A DNA stretch of 64,000 nt, taken from a virus (Duplodnaviria > Caudoviricetes). Positions 47,344 through 56,180 of the stretch are shown here, one piece after another (position 1 is the stretch's first letter; every line of letters starts with the position of its first letter). The position numbers were made by a program, and so were the translations under genes. The stretch spans positions 18,230-82,229 of the IMG/VR virus record IMGVR_UViG_3300017766_004544. One strand, 5' to 3'. The notes under the pieces are model-generated. The model saw only the letters and a program-made list of their open reading frames with translations. It ran no database searches and was not told the DNA's origin.

Positions 47344-47841
47344 ATGGCAATCGCCACCAAGGCCGACCTCGAAGCTCGCATCAATGAGCTCGAAGCCCAA
47401 CTCGCCGCCTCAATCGGAGACCCCAAAACGGCTGGCATGGTCCGACTCGTCGGCATGCTCAAAGCCGTGAAGGACATCTCCCGTCCCGATGGCGGCAAGT
47501 TCACCATCTCGGCCATCCTCACCAACTCCACCAGCGACAACCGCGCTGGCAAGGACATCCGCGTCGACCTCCCCATCGACTCGATCATCGCCACCGACAA
47601 CGGCGTTCCCATCGCGACTGACATCCAGCAGATCGCGAACACCACCGAATGGGCCAGGGTCGCCATCAGCGGCTACTGGACCGTCTACGGCGAGATCACC
47701 CGCAACGACCGCGGCTACCCCGTCGCCTACCGCAGACAACTCCGCGCTCAGCGCATCGAGGTCCTCAATTCAGCTCCCGCAGCTGAGCCCGAGACCCTCA
47801 AGCCCTACGCCGAGCCCACCAGCGAAGAAGTTGCCTTCTGA
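47344..47841 (+). CDS. Possible single-stranded DNA-binding protein
   Basis: Beta-rich core, Pro/Ala linker and acidic-aromatic C-terminal tip (SEEVAF). Confidence 0.4.
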   Translation: MAIATKADLEARINELEAQLAASIGDPKTAGMVRLVGMLKAVKDISRPDGGKFTISAILTNSTSDNRAGKDIRVDLPIDSIIATDNGVPIATDIQQIANTTEWARVAISGYWTVYGEITRNDRGYPVAYRRQLRAQRIEVLNSAPAAEPETLKPYAEPTSEEVAF

Positions 47842-47848
47842 GCTCACC

Positions 47849-47878
47849 GCCCCACTCGCCTTGCCGGGTGGGGCTTTT
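47849..47878 (+). terminator. Hairpin of the same family (R5, no motif)
   Basis: GCCCCACTCG/CGGGTGGGGC + TTTT. Confidence 0.7.
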
Positions 47879-47890
47879 CAGTCACACACC

Positions 47891-48085
47891 ATGCTCATCG
47901 ACTCTCTAGTCATGACACTCACCCTGCAGATCACCCCGGCAGAAGCCATTGCCCTGCGCGACGCCCTAGCGCTCTCAGGCCGCAAGCCTGACTACAACTT
48001 CACGCTGGATCCACTCTGGGACCAGGTCAGTGACTTCATCTATGACATGGCCCAGCAGGGCATCCTGCCTGTCAACTCTTACTAG
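47891..48085 (+). CDS. Hypothetical protein
   Basis: ATG 12 nt after R5. Confidence 0.5.
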   Translation: MLIDSLVMTLTLQITPAEAIALRDALALSGRKPDYNFTLDPLWDQVSDFIYDMAQQGILPVNSY

Positions 48086-48161
48086 GCCAGGCAGCCCTGC
48101 TTATACCCTCCAATCGCAAGAAATTCCGCTGTCCTACCCTTCCTTCTCTACTCACGCTCCC

Positions 48162-48326
48162 ATGCGCTACCTCTTCCCGCTCCTTGCCCTACTGGCACTA
48201 GCGCCCTCGACCGCCCTGGCCCAGAGCCGCTGCTACCAAGTCGCAGCCTGGCTCCCGCCTGACATGCTCAACTGCCAGGAGGCCGGCAAAGCCCAGCTGG
48301 GTATGCCCATCTGGCTCTGCTGCTAG
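48162..48326 (+). CDS. Small Cys-rich protein with signal peptide
   Basis: MRYLFPLLALLALAPSTALAQ...C...C...CC. Confidence 0.5.
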   Translation: MRYLFPLLALLALAPSTALAQSRCYQVAAWLPPDMLNCQEAGKAQLGMPIWLCC

Positions 48327-48350
48327 TCGCCAGACCCCATCCCACCTCGT

Positions 48351-48404
48351 ACCCCACTCGGCCTGCCGGGTGGGGTTTTTTACTGCGCCCCTGCAGCCGT
48401 GCAT
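48351..48404 (+). promoter_or_regulatory. Early cassette R6 (variant)
   Basis: ACCCCACTCGG/CCGGGTGGGGT + T5, 17 nt, CAGCCGTGCAT. Confidence 0.75.
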
Positions 48405-48438
48405 GGGGCGCACCTTCCTTCGTTCTTTCGCAACCACC

Positions 48439-48723
48439 ATGCGCAACACCATCATCACCATCGCGGCCTGGACCGCAGCAATAGCCATCGTCTTCTGGCA
48501 GCGCCTGCTCTGGCCTGGCCTGAAGACCTTCTTCCCCGGCATCGAAGACCTTTTCTCCGAGCCCAGGACTCCAGTACGGGAAAGCACCGTACCCACCCAG
48601 CTCGAGACCCTGGTCATCGAATGCCAGCCCGCGCGCCCGCAGCGCGTCAGCACTGCCAAGACCAAGGCCCGGACCGCCGCTCCTAAGGCGAAGCCCCGCG
48701 CCGTCGCCGGCCTCACCGCCTGA
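48439..48723 (+). CDS. Membrane-anchored small protein
   Basis: N-terminal hydrophobic helix, basic C-terminus. Confidence 0.55.
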   Translation: MRNTIITIAAWTAAIAIVFWQRLLWPGLKTFFPGIEDLFSEPRTPVRESTVPTQLETLVIECQPARPQRVSTAKTKARTAAPKAKPRAVAGLTA

Positions 48724-48758
48724 TCTGCTCCTTACTGCAAACTATTCTCATTAAGCAC

Positions 48759-48992
48759 ATGGTTCTCACTCAGTACCGCCCTGATCGTCGCGTCCGCCTC
48801 TCCGTGCGCGGCACCCCCGACCAGCTCGAGCCCATCGGCCTGGTTCTCGAGCAGCTGTTCCCCGGCGAGGTCATTGTCACCTCCGACGAAGACCTCAGCG
48901 ACGAACTCGACGACGAACGCATCGAAGTCCTGGAGGCCATCTACGAGCGCACCCTCGAGGAGCGCTACGCATGGCCCGCTCCTGCCTTCTGA
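48759..48992 (+). CDS. Hypothetical acidic protein
   Basis: ORF followed by a terminator hairpin. Confidence 0.55.
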   Translation: MVLTQYRPDRRVRLSVRGTPDQLEPIGLVLEQLFPGEVIVTSDEDLSDELDDERIEVLEAIYERTLEERYAWPAPAF

Positions 48993-48997
48993 TCCCC

Positions 48998-49050
48998 GCC
49001 CTGCCAGCACCCCGCTAGCAGGGCTTCTTTTTCTGCATTGCCAGTGCATT
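48998..49050 (+). promoter_or_regulatory. Early cassette R7 (divergent)
   Basis: GCCCTGC/GCAGGGC + TTCTTTTT, then GCCAGTGCATT. Confidence 0.55.
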
Positions 49051-49102
49051 ACCTCGTCAACTTCCGCGAATCCCCCGCCACCTGCACCTCCGCACCTGAC
49101 GC

Positions 49103-49435
49103 ATGACCATGAATACAACCAACCTCCACCCCCTGGCAGTCACCGGACCCGCGGACTATCCCACCGGCTCGCTGGTGGGGTACTGCCGCACCACCTACGC
49201 CACCCTGATCGCCAGCCTCGGCCTGCCGCACCACCACGACATCGACGGCAAAGTCACCGTCGAGTGGGCTTTTCGCTGCGCCGATGGCACCTCCTTTCAT
49301 GTCTACGACTGGAAGGAGGCCGCCACGCCCAAGGCCGACTACTGGTGGCACATCGGCGGCAATGGCCCACGTTCGCTCAAGGCCTTTGCTCGCCACACCG
49401 GACTGCCCATCTCCTACACCCAAGACCTGCCATGA
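49103..49435 (+). CDS. Hypothetical protein
   Basis: DGKVTVEW...VYDWKE...WHIGG, folded-looking small domain. Confidence 0.6.
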   Translation: MTMNTTNLHPLAVTGPADYPTGSLVGYCRTTYATLIASLGLPHHHDIDGKVTVEWAFRCADGTSFHVYDWKEAATPKADYWWHIGGNGPRSLKAFARHTGLPISYTQDLP

Positions 49436-49469
49436 CATCGCTCACTACCTGCGCCCCCGCACCCGACGC

Positions 49470-49667
49470 ATGACCTTCAACATCTCTGAGGTCCAGGCCA
49501 CCCAGACCCTCACCTACACGCCCGCTCTGTATCTCGAATACTGCTTAGAACAGGAACAAGAGCCAACCGAAGACGGTTTCCTGTCCTACATCAAGCCCGA
49601 CATCGACGAAGACTTCGGCGGCTACTTCGGCACCGTCCTAATCCGCTATCAAGACGACCACCCATGA
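49470..49667 (+). CDS. Hypothetical acidic protein
   Basis: ATGA coupling to the next ORF. Confidence 0.5.
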   Translation: MTFNISEVQATQTLTYTPALYLEYCLEQEQEPTEDGFLSYIKPDIDEDFGGYFGTVLIRYQDDHP

Positions 49668-49855
49668 CCACTGCCAACCTCCACGGCGACGACAAATCCC
49701 TAGAGCGCCGCTTCATCGTCGGCACCCTGGCGCTCGACTCCAATCTCAGCCTCGCAGCAGAGGCCCGCGTCCTCCTCGACATCGAAGACTCCGTCAGCAG
49801 CTGCGCCCAGCTCACGGCTGACTTCCGGCGCCTGATGGGGCCTGTTACCGACTAG
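49664..49855 (+). CDS. Hypothetical protein
   Basis: Coupled ORF. Confidence 0.45.
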   Translation: MTTANLHGDDKSLERRFIVGTLALDSNLSLAAEARVLLDIEDSVSSCAQLTADFRRLMGPVTD

Positions 49856-50064
49856 ACCCCGAACGCCACTTCCGGCTGATACCCGCCACTCACCGTGAAG
49901 TGCGGCTCACTGCCCTCTGGCGCCATCGGGTTTCCTGGCCACAACGGCCCAACCCCAGCCGACAGCTTCAATCCATCCAGTGACCCATTGCTCAGCCCCT
50001 TCCGAATATCCATCGGATCTAGCCCCAGCCGGGCACCAGCAAGCATCGGAAAGTCGTTATCCAT
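49852..50064 (-). CDS. Hypothetical protein
   Basis: Part of a minus-strand insert within the early region. Confidence 0.45.
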   Translation of the reverse strand: MDNDFPMLAGARLGLDPMDIRKGLSNGSLDGLKLSAGVGPLWPGNPMAPEGSEPHFTVSGGYQPEVAFGV

Positions 50065-50198
50065 GACTTTTCAGCTTGCAAAGGCGGACTGCTTCTTCCG
50101 CCATGACGTAATGGGACGTCCGGGTACGGCCACCTGCTTCCAAGGCGGCCTTGATCCGGACCCACAGCTCACATTCCCAGCGCTGCGGCAATTCCACA

Positions 50199-50684
50199 TC
50201 AGGCCAGCGGTGCCTGACGCTCGTCCTCAGCCTGCTGGCCTTGCTGCAGATACTCCATCAGAGCCATCAGGCCCTGACCGGCAGCGGTCAGGCCGGCAAC
50301 CGTGCCGCCGCCGATGGCGCCGTAAGTCGCCACCTGACCAGCACGGCTCATGGCATCTGTTCCCGACAGCATGTCGTTGAGCCGAACTCCCAGGCCAGGC
50401 TTCTCTGCCGCAGCCGCCTGCTGATACAGGGCTTCCCGCCCAGGCTGGGCACCCCGTGCCCGGCTCTGCAGCACCTTGATGTAATCCTCCGGAGAGCCTT
50501 GCAGTCGATCTGCAATTGCAGCACTCACGCTGGCAACGTCAGGGTTCTTGACTCCCATCCGCCCCGACAGATCATCGCGAATCGATTGCAATTGCTGGGA
50601 GCGGGCATCCATTGCACGCTCGGCCATTGACTGGCGCACGCGCTCATCAAGGCCCTGGATCTTTGCGCCAATGTCGCGAAGCAT
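50199..50684 (-). CDS. Virion-like protein inverted within the early region
   Basis: A/Q/G-rich with GAIGGGTVAGLTAAG; TAGAAT 29 nt upstream. Confidence 0.55.
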   Translation of the reverse strand: MLRDIGAKIQGLDERVRQSMAERAMDARSQQLQSIRDDLSGRMGVKNPDVASVSAAIADRLQGSPEDYIKVLQSRARGAQPGREALYQQAAAAEKPGLGVRLNDMLSGTDAMSRAGQVATYGAIGGGTVAGLTAAGQGLMALMEYLQQGQQAEDERQAPLA

Positions 50685-50734
50685 CGCGGAACGACTCGTA
50701 CTGCGTTGTTTGCATTCTAATTGCTTGTTTTGTG

Positions 50735-50762
50735 GCCTCTTACAGCAGTGCATGTAAGGGGC
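50735..50762 (+). promoter_or_regulatory. Early cassette R8 (motif within a 10-bp hairpin)
   Basis: GCCTCTTACA-GCAGTGCA-TGTAAGGGGC; CAGCAGTGCAT at 50743. Confidence 0.7.
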
Positions 50763-50795
50763 CTGCTTCGTTTCACATCACTTTCGCAACCCACC

Positions 50796-51170
50796 ATGGA
50801 ACTCAACCTCGGCCCTATCTCCGCTCGCCTCTACTCCGGCAGCAACTGGACCCACGCCGAACTGGCCTGGGTCTCTAACCGCAACGGCGGCATGGCTCGC
50901 CGTGAGACCGCCATCAACGCCGGCTTCAAGTCCGACCACCTCACCGAGATGGCCGGCAAGGACAACCCCGCCGACACGTTCGAGTGCCCTGAAACCGGCG
51001 CTCTGTACTTCGGCAAGATCGTCTCCTCGCCCACCGGCGTCTACGCGATCTCGGCCAAGGAGGTCTACACCAAGACCCTCTACACCAAGGCGGTCAAGCA
51101 CGGCCTGGCCGCTGCCGAGACCGCAACCGAGTCCGTAACCGCTGACGCCAAGGCCATCATCGCGGCCTGA
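50796..51170 (+). CDS. Hypothetical protein
   Basis: After R8, ends at a terminator. Confidence 0.6.
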   Translation: MELNLGPISARLYSGSNWTHAELAWVSNRNGGMARRETAINAGFKSDHLTEMAGKDNPADTFECPETGALYFGKIVSSPTGVYAISAKEVYTKTLYTKAVKHGLAAAETATESVTADAKAIIAA

Positions 51171-51177
51171 TCTCCCC

Positions 51178-51216
51178 GCCCCGGCGAGCAATCCGCCTGC
51201 CGGGGCTTCCCTTTCT
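51178..51216 (+). terminator. Intrinsic terminator candidate
   Basis: GCCCCGGC/GCCGGGGC + pyrimidine tract. Confidence 0.6.
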
Positions 51217-51255
51217 GGATTTTCCGGCCACAATGCGCAAGCTACGGCTTGCAGC

Positions 51256-51468
51256 ATGCGAGATGCCATCGATTCACGCCTGCTTCCGCTGGTTCGCCTC
51301 CGTGATGCGACTGCGGAACTCCTGCTTGAAGCGCAACGCGCCCTCAGCGCAGGCTGCCCCTCTCAGGACCGCCGCTCCGTCCAGGCAATCAAGCGGCAAC
51401 TGGCGTCCTTTGACCGCCACCTCAAGCGATCGCGGGCAGCGCTATCTGCTGTGCCGCGTCACCACTGA
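51256..51468 (+). CDS. Hypothetical protein
   Basis: Helical 70-aa ORF. Confidence 0.4.
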   Translation: MRDAIDSRLLPLVRLRDATAELLLEAQRALSAGCPSQDRRSVQAIKRQLASFDRHLKRSRAALSAVPRHH

Positions 51469-51491
51469 CCACCGCTTCTCCGTCTACGTCT

Positions 51492-52208
51492 ATGACACTG
51501 ACACCACACTCTGCTGGCGCTGTGACTTCAGCAGCCAGCTCGAGCGCAACACCTACGTCAACCACCTCCGCACCGGCCAACCATCCGCCTGGCCGCAAGC
51601 GCTCGTTATCCAGCACTACGTCGGCCCACGCCACGAACACGAGCTCTACTGACCCAAGAGCACAGGGCGCAGAGTCTCTCTACGCCCTCGGCATCCAGGC
51701 CCAGTACGTCGACGGCGAACTGGCTCTTGCCGCTGAGCTCCTCGGCTCGGATGACCCCGAACAGGAGGACACCGCGATCCGCCTGGTCGAGCAGTACCTC
51801 GAGGCCCAGGCCCACACCGCGGCTCTACTCGAGTCCAAGGCCGACAACATCTGCCGCTACATCGATCACCTGCAAGCGGTCGCCAAATTCCGCAAGGACC
51901 AGTCCCAGCGCCTAGCGGAACTGGCCGCAGCCGACGAGAAGCGCGCCCAGTCGCTCACCGACTACATGCTCAAGGTCCTCACCACCTTGCAGCCCGAGGC
52001 GAACCGCTTCTCCCTGCCCACCCACGAACTGCGCTCCCGCCGCAGTGAGGCCGTCGAGATCGAGGACGAAGACCTCCTCCCTGACGACCTCTTCAAAAGC
52101 AAGACCACCCGCTCCCCCGACAAGACCGCGATCAAGGCCGCCCTTAAGGGAGGCCAAGAGATCGCCGGCGCTCGCATCGTTCAACGCACGAACTGGACCA
52201 TCAAATGA
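51492..52208 (+). CDS. Siphovirus Gp157-like protein
   Basis: KADNICRYI...RLAEL...EAVEIEDEDLLPDD...PDKTAIKAALKGGQEIAGA; start uncertain. Confidence 0.75.
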   Translation: MTLTPHSAGAVTSAASSSATPTSTTSAPANHPPGRKRSLSSTTSAHATNTSSTDPRAQGAESLYALGIQAQYVDGELALAAELLGSDDPEQEDTAIRLVEQYLEAQAHTAALLESKADNICRYIDHLQAVAKFRKDQSQRLAELAAADEKRAQSLTDYMLKVLTTLQPEANRFSLPTHELRSRRSEAVEIEDEDLLPDDLFKSKTTRSPDKTAIKAALKGGQEIAGARIVQRTNWTIK

Positions 52209-52429
52209 TCACCACCTCCATCGCCATCGCCGACTTCGAGACCTTCTACGCCTACCGGGGCCGCACCGTGGACGCCATGCGGCAACACGGCGGCGGCTTT
52301 GTCTCCAGCCTGGCCGCTGCTCTCTCAAGAGCGGACGGCAACAACGCCCGCAAGATCTACGACACCTGGCCGGAGATCGTTCGTGACTTCGGTCCCGGCT
52401 CCCGCTTCTTCGACGTCACGCCCCGGTGA
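52205..52429 (+). CDS. Hypothetical protein
   Basis: HGGGFVSSLAAALSRADGNNARKIYDTWPE; coupled. Confidence 0.55.
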   Translation: MITTSIAIADFETFYAYRGRTVDAMRQHGGGFVSSLAAALSRADGNNARKIYDTWPEIVRDFGPGSRFFDVTPR

Positions 52430-52466
52430 GCCCCATCCAGTCCTTTCGCACACCAGCCAACCACTC

Positions 52467-53084
52467 ATGGCCGTCCGTATCACCACCTCAGACCCCAAGC
52501 CCAGCACCAAGACCGAGCACCGCGGCTACTACTACTTCTACTTCAACAAGAAGCTTGCCAACGGCGGCGAATGCGCAGCACTCGTCCCTGACTCCATCCG
52601 TGACATCGTCAAGAAGGGCTTCGTCTTCGATGACAGCTGCCTCACGTTCGACACAGACCTCAAGGCTTCTGTTCTCAAACTTGACTTTGACGAACCGGAA
52701 CTGGCGGATCCTGCGATCCCTGCTCGAGAGGAAGGCTGGTCCGATCCTGACCATCTCGCTGCCCTCGAGTCCGCCGACCCGCAGGCCATGACGGCAGTCG
52801 CCCATCGCACTGCCGTGATCCCCAATCGCGGCGTCAGGCCGGCCACGGTCCGCAAGCGCAACGCCGAAGCCCGTGCCGCTGAGCACAACATCGACATCGA
52901 CCTGCTGATGCTGATTGAACAGGCCTCCCGTGCCTTCAATCTCACCTGCAAGCTGATCGGCACGGCCGAGAAGCCCCGCCCTATGGAAGCTCAGAAGATC
53001 GTCGTCACCTGCATGATCCCCTGGCTCAAGGAACGCGGCGTCACCCTCAGTGACAACGACGAAAAGGCCATGAATTACTCATGA
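52467..53084 (+). CDS. Hypothetical protein
   Basis: About 205 aa; CTTTCGCA in the leader. Confidence 0.6.
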   Translation: MAVRITTSDPKPSTKTEHRGYYYFYFNKKLANGGECAALVPDSIRDIVKKGFVFDDSCLTFDTDLKASVLKLDFDEPELADPAIPAREEGWSDPDHLAALESADPQAMTAVAHRTAVIPNRGVRPATVRKRNAEARAAEHNIDIDLLMLIEQASRAFNLTCKLIGTAEKPRPMEAQKIVVTCMIPWLKERGVTLSDNDEKAMNYS

Positions 53085-53317
53085 CCAATCCACTGTTCCG
53101 CAAAGATCCCTGCCTCAGATACGCGATCGAGCTGGGCTTCCAGCTCACGCCCGGCCGCAAGCACTGGCATGCCCGTCACCCCGATGGCGGGCGCACCATC
53201 GTCCCTTTCGGCCGCAAGCGATCGGCCAGGTCCGAGCGCAATATCCACGCCTCTCTCCGCCGCGCCGCCCATGACCACTCAGTCACGCTCCCTGCGCCTG
53301 GCCAGCCAGCTGCATAG
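53081..53317 (+). CDS. HicA-like protein
   Basis: AIELGFQLTPGRKHWHARHPDGGRTIVP resembles the HicA G-x-H...HP.G...VP pattern. Confidence 0.55.
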   Translation: MTNPLFRKDPCLRYAIELGFQLTPGRKHWHARHPDGGRTIVPFGRKRSARSERNIHASLRRAAHDHSVTLPAPGQPAA

Positions 53318-53531
53318 GCAGGGCTTTGCCTGGCCCGGCGGCTATCCCCTCTTCGCACTCCTTGATGACGGCGGCATTCTCTGCCGCCACTGCGCCGGAA
53401 CCGAGCGCCGCTGGATTGCCACCACCACCGGCTCTGACGGCTGGTGCGTCCAGGCCCTGGCCATCAACTACGAGGACCCCGAGCTCCGCTGCTCCCACTG
53501 CAACGCAGCCATTGAGGCCGCCTACGCCTAA
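53271..53531 (+). CDS. Small zinc-binding protein
   Basis: FAWPGGYP...CRHC...CSHC. Confidence 0.6.
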   Translation: MTTQSRSLRLASQLHRQGFAWPGGYPLFALLDDGGILCRHCAGTERRWIATTTGSDGWCVQALAINYEDPELRCSHCNAAIEAAYA

Positions 53532-53554
53532 CTCCCCACCCACTACTCACACCT

Positions 53555-53764
53555 ATGGACCACTTCGGCCAATTCCCCGTCCGCACCCAGCAGCACTTCG
53601 CTGTCACCCCAGAAGAGCAGGACGCCCTGGTTAACGCCCTGGTCTTCTTCCATGACTACTTCAGCCCTGGCGAGACCAACCTCGCCGACTGGCGCGACGT
53701 CGCCCAGGACCAGCGCCTCGGCCTCTACTCAAACCTCGCCCACAAACTCGCCACCTCTCGATGA
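53555..53764 (+). CDS. Hypothetical protein
   Basis: Small ORF in a dense run. Confidence 0.5.
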   Translation: MDHFGQFPVRTQQHFAVTPEEQDALVNALVFFHDYFSPGETNLADWRDVAQDQRLGLYSNLAHKLATSR

Positions 53765-53878
53765 CCAAGACCGAACTGATGAGGCTATCAGCCAGGTTCG
53801 ACACGTTTGAGCGCTACCTAATTGTCATGGCCTTGGAGTATTACATCCTGAATAAACAGGCAGACCCTATCGCTGGCG

Positions 53879-54118
53879 GTGTGCCTTATCGAGAGGACAT
53901 GCAACACCTACGTACCCAGTTCCTCGCCAATGGCTGACACTATCTACTCCTCAATTCAAGTGACGAAACCCGGCCACGTCTCTGCTGATGACTGCTGGCA
54001 AACAATTCTCATGCTGGCCTCGCAAGTCGAACGGGGCCGCAGCATCGCCAGTGCCATCGATCGCATTGAGATGACCATCCACCACTACCGCACAAGCAGT
54101 GCTGACTTGGATGACTGA
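53879..54118 (+). CDS. Hypothetical protein
   Basis: Small ORF, start uncertain. Confidence 0.35.
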   Translation: MCLIERTCNTYVPSSSPMADTIYSSIQVTKPGHVSADDCWQTILMLASQVERGRSIASAIDRIEMTIHHYRTSSADLDD

Positions 54119-54326
54119 CTCTGCTTACTACTGGGCCGTCACTGGGCGCATCCTCTTCGACGACGAAGACACGCCCTATTGCACCGACCTACCGGCTACG
54201 GAGTCTCAGGCTCTCAACCAGTTCCATGAACGCCTACGTGAACAGGACCCAGTCCGTTACAGCGAGCATGGAGTTGTCGTGTCATCCAGGTTCCGCTCAA
54301 CCGAGCCCATCGACTGCATGTCATGA
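54099..54326 (+). CDS. Hypothetical protein
   Basis: Coupled to the next ORF. Confidence 0.5.
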   Translation: MLTWMTDSAYYWAVTGRILFDDEDTPYCTDLPATESQALNQFHERLREQDPVRYSEHGVVVSSRFRSTEPIDCMS

Positions 54327-54646
54327 CTGACCATGTTCCACGCCTGCCATCCCCATCCGGTCACGTCTCATCGCCCGTTCAAGGGATCGAACTAGCCACA
54401 GTCCTGGCCGTTTCAACCCAACACATGCCAACGGTCGACGCGGACCTGTCGCCCTGGTCCTGGGGCGCCCCACCCGAACTTGGCATCGAGTGGATCTACG
54501 CCTACGACGAGGACCCCAGCATCGGTGACGAGGTAATCCCGGCCTGGCTGCTGACCATCTGTCGGGTCGCAAGAGATAAGTACAACGCAAACTGGATTCT
54601 CCTCGATCCAGCCGGTGAAGTTCTCCCCGATTTTCCCACCTATTGA
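54323..54646 (+). CDS. Hypothetical protein (DUF5983-like STxH motif)
   Basis: LAVSTQHMP...WILLDPAG. Confidence 0.5.
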   Translation: MTDHVPRLPSPSGHVSSPVQGIELATVLAVSTQHMPTVDADLSPWSWGAPPELGIEWIYAYDEDPSIGDEVIPAWLLTICRVARDKYNANWILLDPAGEVLPDFPTY

Positions 54647-54650
54647 GACC

Positions 54651-54869
54651 ATGGTCTACAAAACTATGCAGGTGTCCGTCCATCTGCACGCTTCGGACAT
54701 CGATCGCCTCCGCTTGCTCTTGGATCTCGAATGGCGACGGATTCAAGACGAGTCGCCCTATGCCTTTGACGAACCCACCAGCTATGCCAGCGCCATCAAC
54801 AAGCTGCGGTGGCAGTTTATCCACCTACAGGACAGCAATCTCGCACCCGAAGGCCTGATGAACCCATGA
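54651..54869 (+). CDS. Hypothetical protein
   Basis: Coupled run. Confidence 0.5.
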   Translation: MVYKTMQVSVHLHASDIDRLRLLLDLEWRRIQDESPYAFDEPTSYASAINKLRWQFIHLQDSNLAPEGLMNP

Positions 54870-55159
54870 CCGATCCAACCTTCAACCTGCTCCAACTCGA
54901 ACACCGCCCCAACTGGTACGAGCATCTCTCCCAAGTGGAAGCGGCCATGGCCCATGAAGCCCGCGTCCACCGCCTGCGCTGGCAGGCAGGCTGGACAACC
55001 GATGAGGGCGGCTGGTATTCCCCCGAGGGAATACATGAGTCCGACTGGGAACACGTAGAGGGCTATCCGCTCCCGGAAGACCCCGAGTTCCCAGCCTGGG
55101 CCTCCGCCTTCTACTTCTACGAAGCCCTCGACATCGCCGACACTCCCTCCATCTCATGA
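54866..55159 (+). CDS. Trp-rich hypothetical protein
   Basis: ATGA overlaps on both sides. Confidence 0.55.
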   Translation: MTDPTFNLLQLEHRPNWYEHLSQVEAAMAHEARVHRLRWQAGWTTDEGGWYSPEGIHESDWEHVEGYPLPEDPEFPAWASAFYFYEALDIADTPSIS

Positions 55160-55389
55160 ATAACGACCAGGCCAACACCAAAGCCAGCGTCCCCATGTAC
55201 GACTTGCTGGACATCGCCTGCGCCGCTCAGGCCGCAGTGGAACATGAGAAGCTCGCCGAGAAAGAGCACGCCTTCAAGCATGTGCTCAATCGAGTCTTCG
55301 GCTACATGACCCCGGAAGCCAAGGCAGAGTTCAATGCCTGGGTCGATCGCAAGGGCTGGCGCGCCAAAGAAACCATCATCCTGCCTTGA
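55156..55389 (+). CDS. Hypothetical protein
   Basis: Coupled run. Confidence 0.55.
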   Translation: MNNDQANTKASVPMYDLLDIACAAQAAVEHEKLAEKEHAFKHVLNRVFGYMTPEAKAEFNAWVDRKGWRAKETIILP

Positions 55390-55390
55390 C

Positions 55391-55636
55391 ATGATTCACA
55401 CGCCCATGACCCTCACCGAGATCGCCACTGCCGTCGACGCCGGACGCACAGTCCACTGGCAGAACGGCAGCTACACCGTGCGCAAGGGCCCAGCCCACGA
55501 CGACGCCCCCGGCAATGCCGCCAATCCCGCCCTGCGCTATGTCATTGCCCATGAAGCTGGCAACTGCATCGGCCTGACCTGGCGCGATGGCATCACGCTC
55601 AATGGCAAGGAGTGCGACTTCTTCGCGCTCGACTAG
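55391..55636 (+). CDS. Hypothetical protein
   Basis: AVDAGRTVHWQNGSYTV...IGLT. Confidence 0.55.
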   Translation: MIHTPMTLTEIATAVDAGRTVHWQNGSYTVRKGPAHDDAPGNAANPALRYVIAHEAGNCIGLTWRDGITLNGKECDFFALD

Positions 55637-56118
55637 CAGCCGCGCAGGATGCTCTTCAGCATCCACGACGTCTTGAAGGCTGAGCCCACCAGCTCAGCCA
55701 TGTAATTCTGAACGTCCGGCGCGCCGGCTCCTGCGGCCACCTGCTCCAGCTCCTTGGCCATGAAGCCCATGCCTTCAATGTTGACGTAATAGGCCATCAG
55801 CATCGAGCGCCCCTCGTAGCTCTCGACGTTCTGGAAGGGCGGCATCGCCTCTTTCAGGCCGCAAGCACACATCGGCATGAAGTGATCCAGTGTCCGCACC
55901 TGCTCGGCCACCTGGTCGAACTGCTCGAGGTGCTCCTCGTAGCGCTCCTTCAGGAACGCATGCACCTCCAGGAAGTTCGCACCTTCGTAGTTCACATGGA
56001 TCAAGTGACTCTGGGTCTGCAGCTCCTTGAGCAACGACGCCAGCACGATCAACTGCTGCACCAGCAGGGCGACACCATCGCCCTCGCAGGACTGCATCTG
56101 CACCTGTGGCATCTCCAT
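55633..56118 (-). CDS. dps: Dps / ferritin-like protein
   Basis: HLIHVNYEGANFLEVHAFLKERYEEHLEQFDQVAEQVRTLD has the Dps H...H...D-x3-E ligands; start may be GTG 56142. Confidence 0.8.
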   Translation of the reverse strand: MEMPQVQMQSCEGDGVALLVQQLIVLASLLKELQTQSHLIHVNYEGANFLEVHAFLKERYEEHLEQFDQVAEQVRTLDHFMPMCACGLKEAMPPFQNVESYEGRSMLMAYYVNIEGMGFMAKELEQVAAGAGAPDVQNYMAELVGSAFKTSWMLKSILRGC

Positions 56119-56180
56119 CAGGAGCCCTTGTTCGTGCTGCACGATCCAGCTATCTAACCTTCGCCCCAGTCTATTCAGCC

